Counted from the first letter of the stretch, positions 16,590 to 28,507 are shown. The stretch is DNA of 62,097 bases from a virus (IMGVR_UViG_3300023181_000031:1-62097); one strand, 5' to 3'. Made by a program: numbers and translations. Notes: generated by a model not told the origin, from the sequence alone.

Positions 16590-16635
16590 ATATTCTAAAT
16601 ACAAGATCTCGTGAGATCCTGACTTTTAAAATACT
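16590..16635 (-). repeat. 46-bp intergenic hairpin element, copy C
   Basis: Identical to 15352-15397; begins immediately after a TAA stop. Confidence 0.9.
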
Positions 16636-16863
16636 TTATAACATCCAGTTTAAGATTGCTTTTATTTCATCTTTAGATAGATACATTTCTACTTCACCTT
16701 CTAAAGTATCTTTTCTTATTTTGAATATACCGTTATCAAGTTTTTCTATAACTCCACGATTTAAACATATTGCTTTATCGCCTGTTAATACTTTTTCACC
16801 TGATATTATTTCATCACCTAAAGTTACATTAGATAATATGTTTTTACTTGCTTGATGAATCAT
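16636..16863 (-). CDS. Small early protein, first gene after promoter
   Basis: 75-aa ORF. Confidence 0.65.
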   Translation of the reverse strand: MIHQASKNILSNVTLGDEIISGEKVLTGDKAICLNRGVIEKLDNGIFKIRKDTLEGEVEMYLSKDEIKAILNWML

Positions 16864-16900
16864 TTTTAAACTCGCTTTCTTTTTTAATGCTTATAAATAT

Positions 16901-16929
16901 AATATACATCACATGTGATATTAATGCAA
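16901..16929 (-). promoter_or_regulatory. sigma70 promoter with the same operator
   Basis: TTGCAT-17-TATATT; ATCACATGTGAT at 16908-16919. Confidence 0.8.
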
Positions 16930-16968
16930 TAGGTAAATAAGAAAATAATTAAAACATTTTGAGATAAG

Positions 16969-16997
16969 AAAAAAGCTTAGTAAGAAATTACTAAGCT
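16969..16997 (-). terminator. Intrinsic terminator
   Basis: AGCTTAGTAA/TTACTAAGCT + T run on the minus strand. Confidence 0.75.
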
Positions 16998-17020
16998 AAC
17001 AATTAAATAAAGGTATCAAG

Positions 17021-17458
17021 TTAATTTTTTAAGTGACTCTCAATAATTGCTATACGTCTATAGTCTTGCATATGTGTTGGGTCAAGAGCGTCTTGTTTAA
17101 TGTGTTTTTCTATATCTGATAATCCCTGATGTTCTTTAAGTCTGTATAACTCTCTTATTATTTCAATTTGTATAGTTGCTATTTCTTCTTTATTATCGGT
17201 ATGGTAATGATATTCTTTAGGGTCTAATACACGTTTGATATAAGTTAGTATAGGTAAGTACTTGCTAGAATCTTTCTTGTGTACATATAGGTTAATAGGT
17301 GACATTACTCCATAGATATTAAACATTATTTTCTCTATAAGATTATCTGTCACTATATCCCATCTTTCACTGTTATAAGGTGGTTTATATTCTCTTTTTA
17401 TCATAAGTTCGCTTAAAGGTATTTTTATATCAAGTGCTAATCTTGGAATATATGACAT
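17021..17458 (-). CDS. Hypothetical protein, monocistronic
   Basis: 145 aa, own TGATAGAAT extended -10 and terminator. Confidence 0.65.
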   Translation of the reverse strand: MSYIPRLALDIKIPLSELMIKREYKPPYNSERWDIVTDNLIEKIMFNIYGVMSPINLYVHKKDSSKYLPILTYIKRVLDPKEYHYHTDNKEEIATIQIEIIRELYRLKEHQGLSDIEKHIKQDALDPTHMQDYRRIAIIESHLKN

Positions 17459-17530
17459 TTTAGTTATCCTTTTAACATGTTTTTATTAATTCTATCATAT
17501 TGAGTAAATAGTTTATATTGAATGTTTGAG

Positions 17531-17608
17531 AAAAAAAAGAGCCTGTTATAAGTCAGCAGATAAGCGAACAGGCATGATTTCTGTTTACTAACTATTAAAA
17601 TGATATCA
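17531..17608 (-). ncRNA. Candidate small RNA or terminator
   Basis: TGATATCAT extended -10, GCCTGTT/AACAGGC stem with 19-nt loop, T8 tail. Confidence 0.35.
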
Positions 17609-17735
17609 CAAAGTTTACTCTAAAGAAATAGCAAATAATTAAGCAATAGACTATAATCAAATCAAGTAATAGTCAGTACTGACTACAATTTAATAAACTT
17701 TCAAAGTATACATAAAATATGTAAAGCTTTGATTC

Positions 17736-17927
17736 TCACTTGCTTTCAAGCTTTTTATAGTAGCAATTAGGGCATAACTCTAACTGAGTTTCTATTACTT
17801 TATCTTTGTTTCTACCAAGATTATTTGACTTAAGCCAAGCGGGTATGCCTTGCAGTATATTTACTTCCGCTTCAAGTAATGCTTTTTTACAGCCGTCACA
17901 TTTATAATATCTCATCATTTGCTCCAA
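17736..17927 (-). CDS. Zinc-finger micro-protein
   Basis: YKCDGCKK..ELCPNCY. Confidence 0.65.
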   Translation of the reverse strand: MEQMMRYYKCDGCKKALLEAEVNILQGIPAWLKSNNLGRNKDKVIETQLELCPNCYYKKLESK

Positions 17928-18005
17928 GTTATCTATATCTAAATGATATATTTTATATATATTTTTGATATAATGATAGGATATTTTAAAAAAGGTAAGA
18001 TTAAA

Positions 18006-18446
18006 ATGATTGATAAATTTAAAGTATATTACAAGCTTACTGATGAGCAGTTAAAAGATCAAGACCCTGATTTTAAAACTAAGTATATTTACATAGGTAT
18101 TACTGAAGTTAAATTATTTAAAAGATCATTAGGTTTAGTAGTAGAGGCTGACGCTTGTCAGTTAGTTGATGATATTAATAATTTAATCTTTTGTAAGTTT
18201 ACTGGTAAGCAGGATATTAATGGATTAGATTTATTTGAAGGTGATAGAGTAGAGTTTTCAACCGAACCACCCGAATATATTATACAGTTAAATTCTTTCT
18301 TTTATGGTATGGCTAACGCTAAAGGTACTATTAACAGGCACTTTGATATTGAGGTTGATGAGATTTACAGGGACAAATTAGGTTTTACTTATCATAGTTT
18401 AACTAAGCCAAATTCTAAGTATATAGGTTCTATTTATGATTGCTAA
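18006..18446 (+). CDS. YopX-family protein (start corrected to MIDKFK)
   Basis: KFTGKQDINGLDLFEGDRV..YIGSIYD; RBS AAAGGTAA. Confidence 0.75.
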   Translation: MIDKFKVYYKLTDEQLKDQDPDFKTKYIYIGITEVKLFKRSLGLVVEADACQLVDDINNLIFCKFTGKQDINGLDLFEGDRVEFSTEPPEYIIQLNSFFYGMANAKGTINRHFDIEVDEIYRDKLGFTYHSLTKPNSKYIGSIYDC

Positions 18447-18870
18447 TCAAATGAAAACTATTAATAGAGTAAAGGCTCATTTTAAAGCGTATAAGGCTCA
18501 CTTTATTCAAACAGGTGTTTATATAGCTTTAAAGGTTTTACCCTATAAGATTGATGAATTAGAAGCAGTAAAGCGTATAACTATTGATGGTTTACTTGAT
18601 TTAAATACTATTGATACTAGTAAATGGTCTAGTTATTTTTATAATTGGATAGATGATATAGGTCGTGCCGTTGGTAATCAGATTAAGAAAACGGGTAAAC
18701 GCCCAAACAAAGTTATATTTACTTATGACGAATATTTACACTTGGCAGGCAATCAATTTACCTTAGAAAGGTGTCATAGTGTAGGGCTTATTGATTTAAA
18801 TACTACTTTAAAAATGATGCTTTCTAACTTTGGAATAAAAGAAATGATAGTTTTAGATGTTCAAATTTAA
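18436..18870 (+). CDS. Hypothetical protein
   Basis: 144 aa; internal repeat GL(L/I)DLNT. Confidence 0.6.
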   Translation: MIANQMKTINRVKAHFKAYKAHFIQTGVYIALKVLPYKIDELEAVKRITIDGLLDLNTIDTSKWSSYFYNWIDDIGRAVGNQIKKTGKRPNKVIFTYDEYLHLAGNQFTLERCHSVGLIDLNTTLKMMLSNFGIKEMIVLDVQI

Positions 18871-18935
18871 TGCTCTATGTTGATTTTTGATAAATAAAAT
18901 AATCTTTGATCTCTACCCCTATAAAAACGACACTT

Positions 18936-18975
18936 AAAAAAATAAAACCCTTTTATATCAAGGGTTTTATTTTTT
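18936..18975. terminator. Bidirectional intrinsic terminator
   Basis: AAAATAAAACCCTT/AAGGGTTTTATTTT. Confidence 0.85.
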
Positions 18976-19028
18976 ATTTATTTTAAATTAGTTTGTTTGA
19001 TTTTAATAAGTAGATTGTAAATATAGCA

Positions 19029-22000
19029 TTATAATTGATATTCATTAAATATTTTAAAAGCATTATCAAAGTTATCATAGTATTCAGTTTTATTAGAATC
19101 ATTATCAATAGTTACTCTCCACTTAGTAAAGTAAAATTGTAGCTCTTTTGATTTGTCGCAATCTTCATTCATTTGTTTAAGTATTAACTTATGTCTTGCT
19201 AAGTATTCTTTAGAGATTATATCAGTAGTAGGAACATTACCCATCATTTTATCTAGTTCATTTTGTGCCTGCTCTTTTGATTCATAAGCATATGAAGCTG
19301 TAAGTTTATCTTTCTGACTTCTTAAAGTAACTTCTATAGCAAAGCCTTTAAACCATTGACTTTCCATATAAACAGGTAAATCAAAGTCTTTATATAATTG
19401 ACCTGTTTCTTTATGCTTGTATGGAAATAACTCAAGATAAGCACATGAGATATCATCAGGGTTAATATATTGTCCGCTTGGAGTTTTAATCATTTTGTTT
19501 TACCTTTAACTTATTACTATAATTTTATCAGGATTAAAACCACATTCTATTAAATCACTTTTAAATGTTTGATCGTTTATAAATGACTTATCAAATACAT
19601 ACGCACCATCTTCCCACATAGCTGTAATTAATTCTTTATCTTGATCTAAAGTTTTTAATATCTCGATTGCTTCACTTACTTTCATTTTTTAGTCCTTTAT
19701 ATCTTCAATAGGATTTTCAAAACTAATATTAGTTAAGTTTCCTTCTATAACTTTACCTGCAAACTCATCATTAAAGATACTTTCAGCACTTTCATGATAA
19801 TTAGTTTCGTCATAGTCGGACTGGTTTTGATTTTCCATTTGCTCTAATAATTCCTTAAAATAATTTAGATCACTTACTTTAATTAGATATAGATTACCTT
19901 CGTTATCGTATTGAAATGTTGATCTTTTGTTATTCATTTGATTAGCCCCTCTAAGTGCTTACTTAAATCTATAATATGATAATTTTTTTGTGTGTATTCT
20001 TTTTTATGTTCAAAGTTTTGTTTATCTTTTGGTATATTCCATGTGTGTTTATGCCAAGCGTATACAGTGGCTACTAAAAAACCTTCACTTTTGTATAATT
20101 TATCGTTGAATATTTTTTTAGTTTTTTTGTTAATTGCTATCCAAGTTTTAGTCATTTAAATTGATTCCAAAGCTAGTAATAATATCTCAGCTATAGTAAA
20201 ATATCTTAAAGTTTTTTGATCCTGAATAATAAATGTCATTTCTTCATTAAGGAAACCATGAATTAACCCACATACTTGATGTAATTCTTTATTAGTTAAT
20301 ATAAACATTGTTGCCTGATAACAGTTTTTAATTTCTACTCTGAAAGTTTGCATTAAATATTACCCTCGATAAACTTTGTATATTCTTGATAAAAATCTAA
20401 AGCTTCTTTCTTACGCTTTAAGGTATTAGTAAGCTCTTTTCTAAAATACTTTATATCTTTTTTATTTTGTTCTATTTCTTTTTCAATATATAGCTCGTAA
20501 GTTTCAGGAAACGAATTATAATACTTACTATAAAACTCGTTATTATATGAAAAGCCGTAAGACTCCTGTAAAAACTTTAAAGATGATTCTAACCCAGGTT
20601 TTATAATATCACTAGGATTTTTAGATAATAAAGTTTGTACTTTTTCAATAGATTTAGATAGATTTTCTTTTTCTTTATAAAATTTAGTTCTTTCTGAAAT
20701 TAAAGTTTTATTATTTTCTTCCATTGCTAAAAGATATTTATTTAGATAATTTAATTTTAAATGAGTTGCATATTTTATCTCAGTTAAAAACTTTTGACTT
20801 TCTGTTATTTTATTTTTGTAATAATTAAGTGATTTTTTATAGCTAGTATGAATATAGTTTAATATCTTTTCTTTAGTTATTTTTTCATCGTTATCAAAGT
20901 TAGCACCATATAATAACCCTAAGCATTGAGGTACTTGAGTTAGTAACCAATCTTTTAAATCATAATCAGACTGGATTAATTTATCTACTATAAAACTTGT
21001 CATTTTTTTAATCCTTATAATGTTTTGTATGTAATTGATAAATCATATATTTAGTATCGTTTAAAGTGTCACTAATTTTATTCAAGTCATGGTTTGATTC
21101 TTTTACAATTCTTTGAATCTCAGATATAGAGCTTTTGATATCGTAAATATCATGTATTGGTACATCTTTATATTTATCATTTTCTTTTAATTTACTTTCT
21201 AAGCTTAGATTTTTTTGTATAAAGTTGCTTAATTCATCTTTTAACTCTTGATTCTTTTGTTTTAAATGATATGTTTTATAAGAGTTAAAATAGTTAGATA
21301 TTATAAAGCCTAGTACTATCATTAAAATATAGATTATGTCCATTTATAGTAACTCTCCCATTTGTTTAACAATAGATTCAAACTCTTTAAAGTCTTTTAT
21401 AAACCCTTCTGATATCCCAAACGCATGGAATTTATTATTTAAATTAGCTATTTGACTGTGTAAGGTGTTGATGTTTTCCTCGGTGAAATCTAATTTTTGA
21501 AAGAATCCTGGATTATTTTCTACTAAGTCTTTTGATAAAGCTCCACTAGTACTAGATATATTTTTATATAAGTCATGTTTTTTATATTGTTGAATAATAG
21601 TATCTTTTGGAAAGTTTTCTAGTAAGTTAGTTATTACTTTGTATCTCATTGGTTTTCCCTTTTTTATTAATGTACATTCTTTTAGATTTCTTTTTCTGCC
21701 ATCATCAAATTTAATAACATAATCTATGTCACCGTTTTCATAAATATGTTCCACTGAATCGATCTTGTTAGTGAAAATATTATTTTTATGTTTATAGTGA
21801 TAATCATTAGGGTTAAATAACTTAAATTCAGATAAGGGTAAGGCACATCTATTAAAACAATCCTTAATATCTTGAACATTAATAGTATTATCCCATTTGC
21901 TAATTGATGTTACTTTTAATAAAATATTATATAAACTAGTTCCTTTTGATTTTTTTTCATTTAAAATAACTAAATCATTTACTTTTATTTCTTCAAGCAT

Positions 22001-23335
22001 TTTTTAATCCTTTAACATGTAAGCAGCACTTAATATAAAAACTATTATGATTAAGCCTTGCCAATCTAATTCAGACATTTAAACCTCTTCTACGTGTACA
22101 ATTAATTGATTTTTATATGTGTAATTAGAAGAGGCTACTGTTATTGCTTCATAAGCTAGAATTTTATATCTTGTAAGTTTTTTATCAGCATTGTAATTAA
22201 TTATTGATCCAACAGGTAAAATAAAATCTATTGGATTACCTTTTTTATAGTGCTTTTTTGCGTATTCAGTTAACTGATTTATTTCTTTGCCGTTACATGC
22301 TAATAGTATTTGAGCGTTATACATTTAAATTATTTCCCTTTTAAATTTTAAATCTCTTTTTTCTTTTCGATTCTTTGGTGCGTATGGCAATTCTAAAATA
22401 GTACGACCATCATTTTCGTGGTCAATAGATTTTATAATATAGTTAACTTTTTTGTTTTCAGTGAGAAGTGATACTATTTCACCTACTTGATATTTATAAC
22501 TTTGATCGCCTAAATATAAAACATTATCAGGTTCTTTAATTTTTAGCAGTTCATAAGAATTATTTATGTTATCTACTTTTATTTCATAGTCTCCTAGGAA
22601 TAATCTTTCATATTTTTTATTCTCTTTTTTAATATAATTTTCTCTCATAGTTTTTAAAGTTTTTTGAGATAAACTACTAGGCATTTCAAACATTGTTATT
22701 CTCCAACTATGCTAATATTTAAATCAACTCTTATTTTTACTTTCCATTCATCGCCTAATTCTTTTTCAAACGGTGTATTTTCGTGATAACAAACTAAAGT
22801 TAAATCATTGTAAGCGTTTAGATGAGTAATAGAAGTAAAATCATCTATGTAATATTTAAATGGTTCTTTACATGTAGGGCAATAACTTGTTATTAAAGCA
22901 TTTGTTTTAAAATTTGATTTAATTTTAATAAATTCATCTTTATTGTAATGAAGTTTACTTGGTATCATTTAGTTACGCTTTCCTAATATAGTTAATACCG
23001 ATTAATATTGCAGCTACACAAAATATTAAAGTGGTTATTATTATAATTGCTGTCCATAGTACTAGTATTAATTCAATCATTTAATAATCTACTTTTGCGT
23101 TAATTTTTTTTGGAAATTTCCATTTATCTTGAATTGTCCAAGATGCTTTTAAAAAACTAGGAAGTGTTGTTATATAAGTATTTTTATGATTTTGAGTTCT
23201 TTTAGTTACAAAATAAAACCTATCTCTATGTAAAGTTTTTGCAAAATGTTGAGCCTTTTTAGTTGTGTTAAATAATTTTACTTTAATTTCATTATTATCA
23301 ATATAATGTACAAATATTGTTGTTTTTAATTTCAT
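19029..23335 (-). other. Leftward block of more than a dozen small hypothetical CDSs (19029, 19689, 19934, 20156, 20353, 21008, 21344, 22079, 22325, 22696, 23081 and shorter ORFs)
   Basis: Head-to-tail ORFs with RBSs; no family recognised beyond SH3/KOW-like starts, coiled coils and a CxxC protein. Confidence 0.7.
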
Positions 23336-23458
23336 TATTTACCTTCTTTCAAATGCTTATATTTATCTAATATTTTATTTTGTTCATCTACTAATTCTTT
23401 GCAAGTAAGTTTTATCTTTTCAGTTACTTTTTTAGCTTTTAGCTCTAGTATTTCTATC

Positions 23459-23638
23459 TCAGTCATTTTTTACCTCTAATTCATCAGGAAAAAACCATTT
23501 TGTTTCTTTACCAATAATAGCTAAAATATAATCATCACTAATGTGAGTAATAGTTCCTGTTAACCCTAAATAAACATTTATATAACCTTTTCTTGTATTA
23601 ACTATTTTAACTGTATCATTTACTTTAAATTCATACAT
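23459..23638 (-). CDS. 59-aa stand-alone KOW/SH3-like protein (not in ORF track)
   Basis: MYEFKVNDTVKIVNTRKGYINVYLGLTGTITHI..KWFFPDELE. Confidence 0.75.
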   Translation of the reverse strand: MYEFKVNDTVKIVNTRKGYINVYLGLTGTITHISDDYILAIIGKETKWFFPDELEVKND

Positions 23639-23783
23639 TAGTTTTGTTCTCCTCTAAAGAATCTCTCATAGTTTCAAGTATCTGAGCTGTTACCGTTCGA
23701 CTTTCTATATCTGCTTTATCTTTAATCTTTTGATATAGCTCTATAGGAATTTTTAAAAGAATTGCGTATTTATCTTTACTCAT
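23631..23783 (-). CDS. Arc-like ribbon-helix-helix repressor (50 aa, not in ORF track)
   Basis: AILLKIPIELYQKIKDKADIESRTVTAQILETMRDSL. Confidence 0.8.
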   Translation of the reverse strand: MSKDKYAILLKIPIELYQKIKDKADIESRTVTAQILETMRDSLEENKTNV

Positions 23784-23955
23784 TGATTAACTCCAATTCA
23801 TTAGGTAAAAACCATTTTTCATCATTTCTAAAACTTAGTAAAATACTACTATCATTCATTTCTATAATTTCACCTGTTAAACCTAAATAAGAATTTATAT
23901 AGCCAGGTTCTGTATAAACAACTTTAACAGTATCGCCTATTTTAAATTTATCCAT
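23776..23955 (-). CDS. 59-aa stand-alone KOW/SH3-like protein, paralog of 23459..23638
   Basis: MDKFKIGDTVKVVYTEPGYINSYLGLTGEIIEM..KWFLPNELE. Confidence 0.75.
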   Translation of the reverse strand: MDKFKIGDTVKVVYTEPGYINSYLGLTGEIIEMNDSSILLSFRNDEKWFLPNELELINE

Positions 23956-23981
23956 TGATTACCTCTTAATAGAATATATAC

Positions 23982-24015
23982 ATTATATATTAAAAGTATA
24001 TACTTATGCTATAAT
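23982..24015. promoter_or_regulatory. Divergent promoters with central palindrome
   Basis: Plus TGCTATAAT 24007-24015; minus TATAAT 23987-23982; AAGTATATACTT 23994-24005. Confidence 0.65.
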
Positions 24016-24039
24016 AGATTTTATTTTATTGAGGTTTTT

Positions 24040-27000
24040 ATGTTAGAAACTTTATTTGTAATTAGCATAGTATTTGTAATTTATTCCTTAGTTAATATTT
24101 TTACAAAGTATAAAAGTCAAGTTAATGCTTTAGATTGTTTTATATTTTCAATATGTTGTGTTTTTGCTTTAACTTCTTGGCATAGTTTAGAAATAAAAGA
24201 GTTGAAACAAAGAGTTATTATTTTAGAATCAAAACAGGTTAAATAATGAAAACAGAATTTATTTTTAGAAGTAAAATAAGTGATAACTTTGAGTTAGAAA
24301 AAATAATAGGTAGTGAGAAACTAAAAGAAGTTATGTACTTAGATTTAAAAGATAGATTAGATTATATGCACGTTACTGAAACTTGTTTTAAAAAGATTAT
24401 TTATAATCAAAGTGAGTATTATCAAATAGAAGGTATTTTATTATCTGAGAATGTAGAAAAATACAAAGAATCTGTAAGAGAGAGTAAAGAGTTTTATGCT
24501 AAGTTAGAAGAAAAAGTTATTACTGTATCTATTATGAAGCCTGCCTCAATAAGTAAACCTGAAGATTACGGGTTTTAAATATGGAAAGTACACATAAATT
24601 TAGATACATTGTAACTGATGCTGAAAAACGTATAGTAGGTTTAAATAAAATTGGTAAAAATGCTTATAAGTCCTTAAAAGATAAATTTGATAGTTTGTTT
24701 TTAACTGAAACTAATTTTATATTTGTTTCAGGTGCTTTTAATGATTACTTTGAGATAGAAGGTATATTACTTCCAGAGAATAAAGAAAAGTATTATCAAG
24801 AGATAAAACGTATTGATTTAGAAGATAAATTAGAACAAGAAAAACTTAAAAACTTAGTTATTAAAGATTGTGATTGTGGGTGTAATTGCTGTGAGTAAAA
24901 AAATAAGTAATCGTAGGCATCATATAAAAAGCTATTACAAAAATAAAAAGAATAATCTTAAGCCTGTTTTATTTACTTTAAAATTTAATGCACAAAGTTT
25001 TAAACATGATATAGGTGAAATTGTTAAGAATATTAAGTGGTTAGATAAGCAGATTCAACAAGCTATACAAGGAATTAAATTAAATATTAATCAAGTGGGT
25101 TCAAGTTATAGTCAAGATAAAGTAAAACAACAAATGATTATTAATAGTTTTAAAAGGAATAAAAATGATGAGTAAATTTATAGTTGAATACTATGACACT
25201 GAAAAATTAAGAAGAGGTATTGAGCCTGTAAAAAAGATAGAGACAGATAATTTAAGTATTACAGAAACCGAGGATAAAATAATAATTACTATTGATAATA
25301 CATCTTCTAAAAAGGCTAAGGCTTTAGCTAAGTTAACTTATGCGGATAAAGTAGCTTTAGGATTAATAACAGAACATGATAGTAGGGACGGTACTATGGG
25401 ATTAAATATTGATTATAGCAAAGGTAGATAAAAATGATTGATGTTTATATCCCAGTTAAATTACTGGCTTCGATATTATGTTTTTTAATTGTAATTGTTA
25501 GTGTTTATTATTTGAGAGGTAAAAAGATATGACTTTAAAAATAGCGTATTTTCTTAGATTTATAGCTTTAATATTAACTATATTAGCTATTTATAGTCAT
25601 AATTTAAATTATTTTATATTCGCTTGGTTAGTTTATACCGAGAGTAATTTTATGGCTATAGAAAGTAAGTTTGAAGCTATAGGTAAAGGTTTAGGTAAGT
25701 TTAGTAAGATTGCTAAGGAGTTTATGAATGAGTAAAAAATATAAAGTACTTACTGATTTGATTAAAGATTTATCTTATCAAGATATACTAACTTTTGATG
25801 AAAAACAAAACGGTTATTCAATTTTAAAACGAATAGCTCCAAATGTAAAAGGTATGCAATCAATTTTATTTACTAAAGAAACTATAGAAAATTCACCTGA
25901 GTTTTTTAAATTAATTGAGTTTGATTTTAGTAAAAATGAAATAGATTCTAAATTATCTAACATAATAGCTATAAACTCTAATTATAATATCACTGGAAAT
26001 AAAAAGCTATTTATAGAATCTTTAGATGAACATATAAGATATTTGAAAGAACTTAGAGAGAAATTAAATGATTAAATTTTTAAATAAATACGGCTCTGAA
26101 ATTATTCTTATCTTATCATTAACAGGAGTTGTTACAAGTGCGGTTATAGTTGCAGGTTTTATGCCAAGAAATAAAGATTACGCTTTTAGAACTACTACAA
26201 AAACAATTATGGTCCAAGGTTGTGAATATTTAGTAAATGAGTATTGCAACGATGTTAGATGCTATATAGATAATGATATTCAAGATATGAAATTAAAAGT
26301 TAATGGTAATTGTGGAAAGTTAAAAGGTAAATAATATATGTTTGAAGAGTTTGAAATATGTGATAATCCAATAACAGAAACTAAAGAGCAACTTTTATTA
26401 ATCATAGCTGATTTAAACGATGAAATAGACGATTTAAAACATCAATTAAAACTTGCAACAGATAAAGATTATCGTTTAGACTGGATTAATAACGAATGGT
26501 TGCCACGAAACGGATTAAAAAATGTCAAAAATACCTAAATTTCAAGTATCGCAAAAAGTATATTTAAAAACTGATATAATTGCGGCAAGTTATAAATTAA
26601 ATATTAACGCAGAAGGTATAATTCAAGGTGTTTCCACAAATGCTGTAAAAGTATTATATAGCGTTTTATTTACTGATAGCGATTTAGTATTACTTATAAA
26701 TGAATGTTATTTAAATAATGAAAAGATTGAAATAGCTACTGAGACTATTGATGTAAAAGTTGAGAATTTAATATCTGTAATAACTAGGCAAGAATCTAAA
26801 ATAAAAGGTCTACAAGCACAATTAAAAAACTATGAGGATATATTAAATCAAATAGCTAAATTATCTAACCCGTGGAGTTAAAGAAATGAATCAAGGTGAT
26901 TATATAGAAATTAAAAAAGAAATAACCGAGAGTGAATTATATTATTTTAGAGGTGATAAAGATTTACTTATTAGAGCTACTTATCAAGAGATTACTAACG

Positions 27001-28507
27001 AGATTATAAAAGAATTAACTAAGTATATTGTTTTAGAGCATAGAAGTGAGCCTGATACTTGTAGTTTATATTTTAAAGGTAAATTTGATCTTAATTATAA
27101 ATTTACTGAGCAAGAAAATACTATTAAACAATTAGAATTTGATTTAGATACTTTAGAAGAAAGAAATACACAATTAACTCAGGCTGTGGATGTTTTACAT
27201 GCGGAGTGTGGAACTTATGTGGAAATTATCGAAAGTTTACAAGATAATGAGAAAACATTATTCAGTCTTATTGATATTAAAAATAGTGAATTAAAAGATT
27301 ATAGTAGTTTAATTATAAAATTAAGTTATGGAAGTCTTTTTATATTATTTTTAGGGTTAATTATATTTTTTATTTTAAATAGTTAGGTTTATAAAATGTT
27401 TGATTTTAATATTACAAAAGGGTTTATTTTATTAGTTATTTTATCCTTATTTGGTATTTATAAACTAATAGAAATTATAAGAGATTTAATAATATGAATG
27501 AAGAAGATAAAAACAAGCTTGCTTCTCAAATAGAGATAAGACGTATTCAATTAATTCAAGATTGGATATTAGAGCAATTAAACATTACTAAAGAAAGATT
27601 CACAGAGTCTTATCGTAAACTTAGAAACATAGAAATTAATTCAGAACATGTAAACGCTAACTTATCAATTTATAAGCTAATGAAAGATAATAAACAAAAA
27701 GGTTTGACTATGTTTTTATTTCAAAATATAATAGTTAAAGATGGAAAACATAAAGTAGAGTTAAGAAGTCAGTATATTGACGAAAATAAAAAGTAAAAGG
27801 TAAAAATTATAATGCAAAAAGAAATAGAAACAGCAGTTAAGTGGTGGAGTCAATTTTTAGAAACTACAGCTAAGTTTGATAATGGTGATAATAGTCATAC
27901 AGGTTTTATAACTTCTGTTATGGCAAGTATGTTGAGTGAGAACGTAAAAACTACTACACAAGATAAAGAAAAATTTGAAAAAGCATTTACTCAGATTTTA
28001 GAAGAAAAATATAAAACTAATTGGGACGAAAATAATCCTATATTTGGGGCAATGTATAATTCTATAAGCGTAGATTATCACCCTTGTAAATATCTTTGTG
28101 ACGCTGTTTCTTTAGCAGGTTTAGACTATGATATTAATAATAAATTCCCTTATAAAACTAATATGCGTGTACGCCCTGGCTTTGTTTCTGTTAGTTATGG
28201 TTACGGTGCAAAACAAGAGGTTTTATATACAGATAATAGAATAACTACTTTTAATATTCAACCTACTGAAAATCAAATAAATAAATATAAAGAAGAATTA
28301 AAAGATGAAAATGTTTTTTCTATAAAAATAAATGATTTTGAAAAATATAAATATTCTAATAGTAATTACTTATCTTATAGTTTTAATGATTGGGACGATA
28401 CAAAAAATTATGTTTATGTATCATGCTTAAGTAAAGATGCTGAAATAATTCTAAAATTAATTAATGAAAACATTGAATACATTGAATTAACAGAAACAAA
28501 GGAATAA
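24040..28507 (+). other. Rightward block of about 15 small hypothetical CDSs, several with TM segments; 24246 and 24581 are tandem paralogs
   Basis: Head-to-tail ORFs; shared LKD.(L/F)D...TET.F..Y..IEGILL.EN.EKY motif. Confidence 0.7.

Noticed and set aside
15352-16635. Repeats as a CRISPR array or integron attC sites
   Set aside because: Spacing is gene-sized and irregular, there are no RYYYAAC/GTTRRRY ends, and no cas or integron integrase gene
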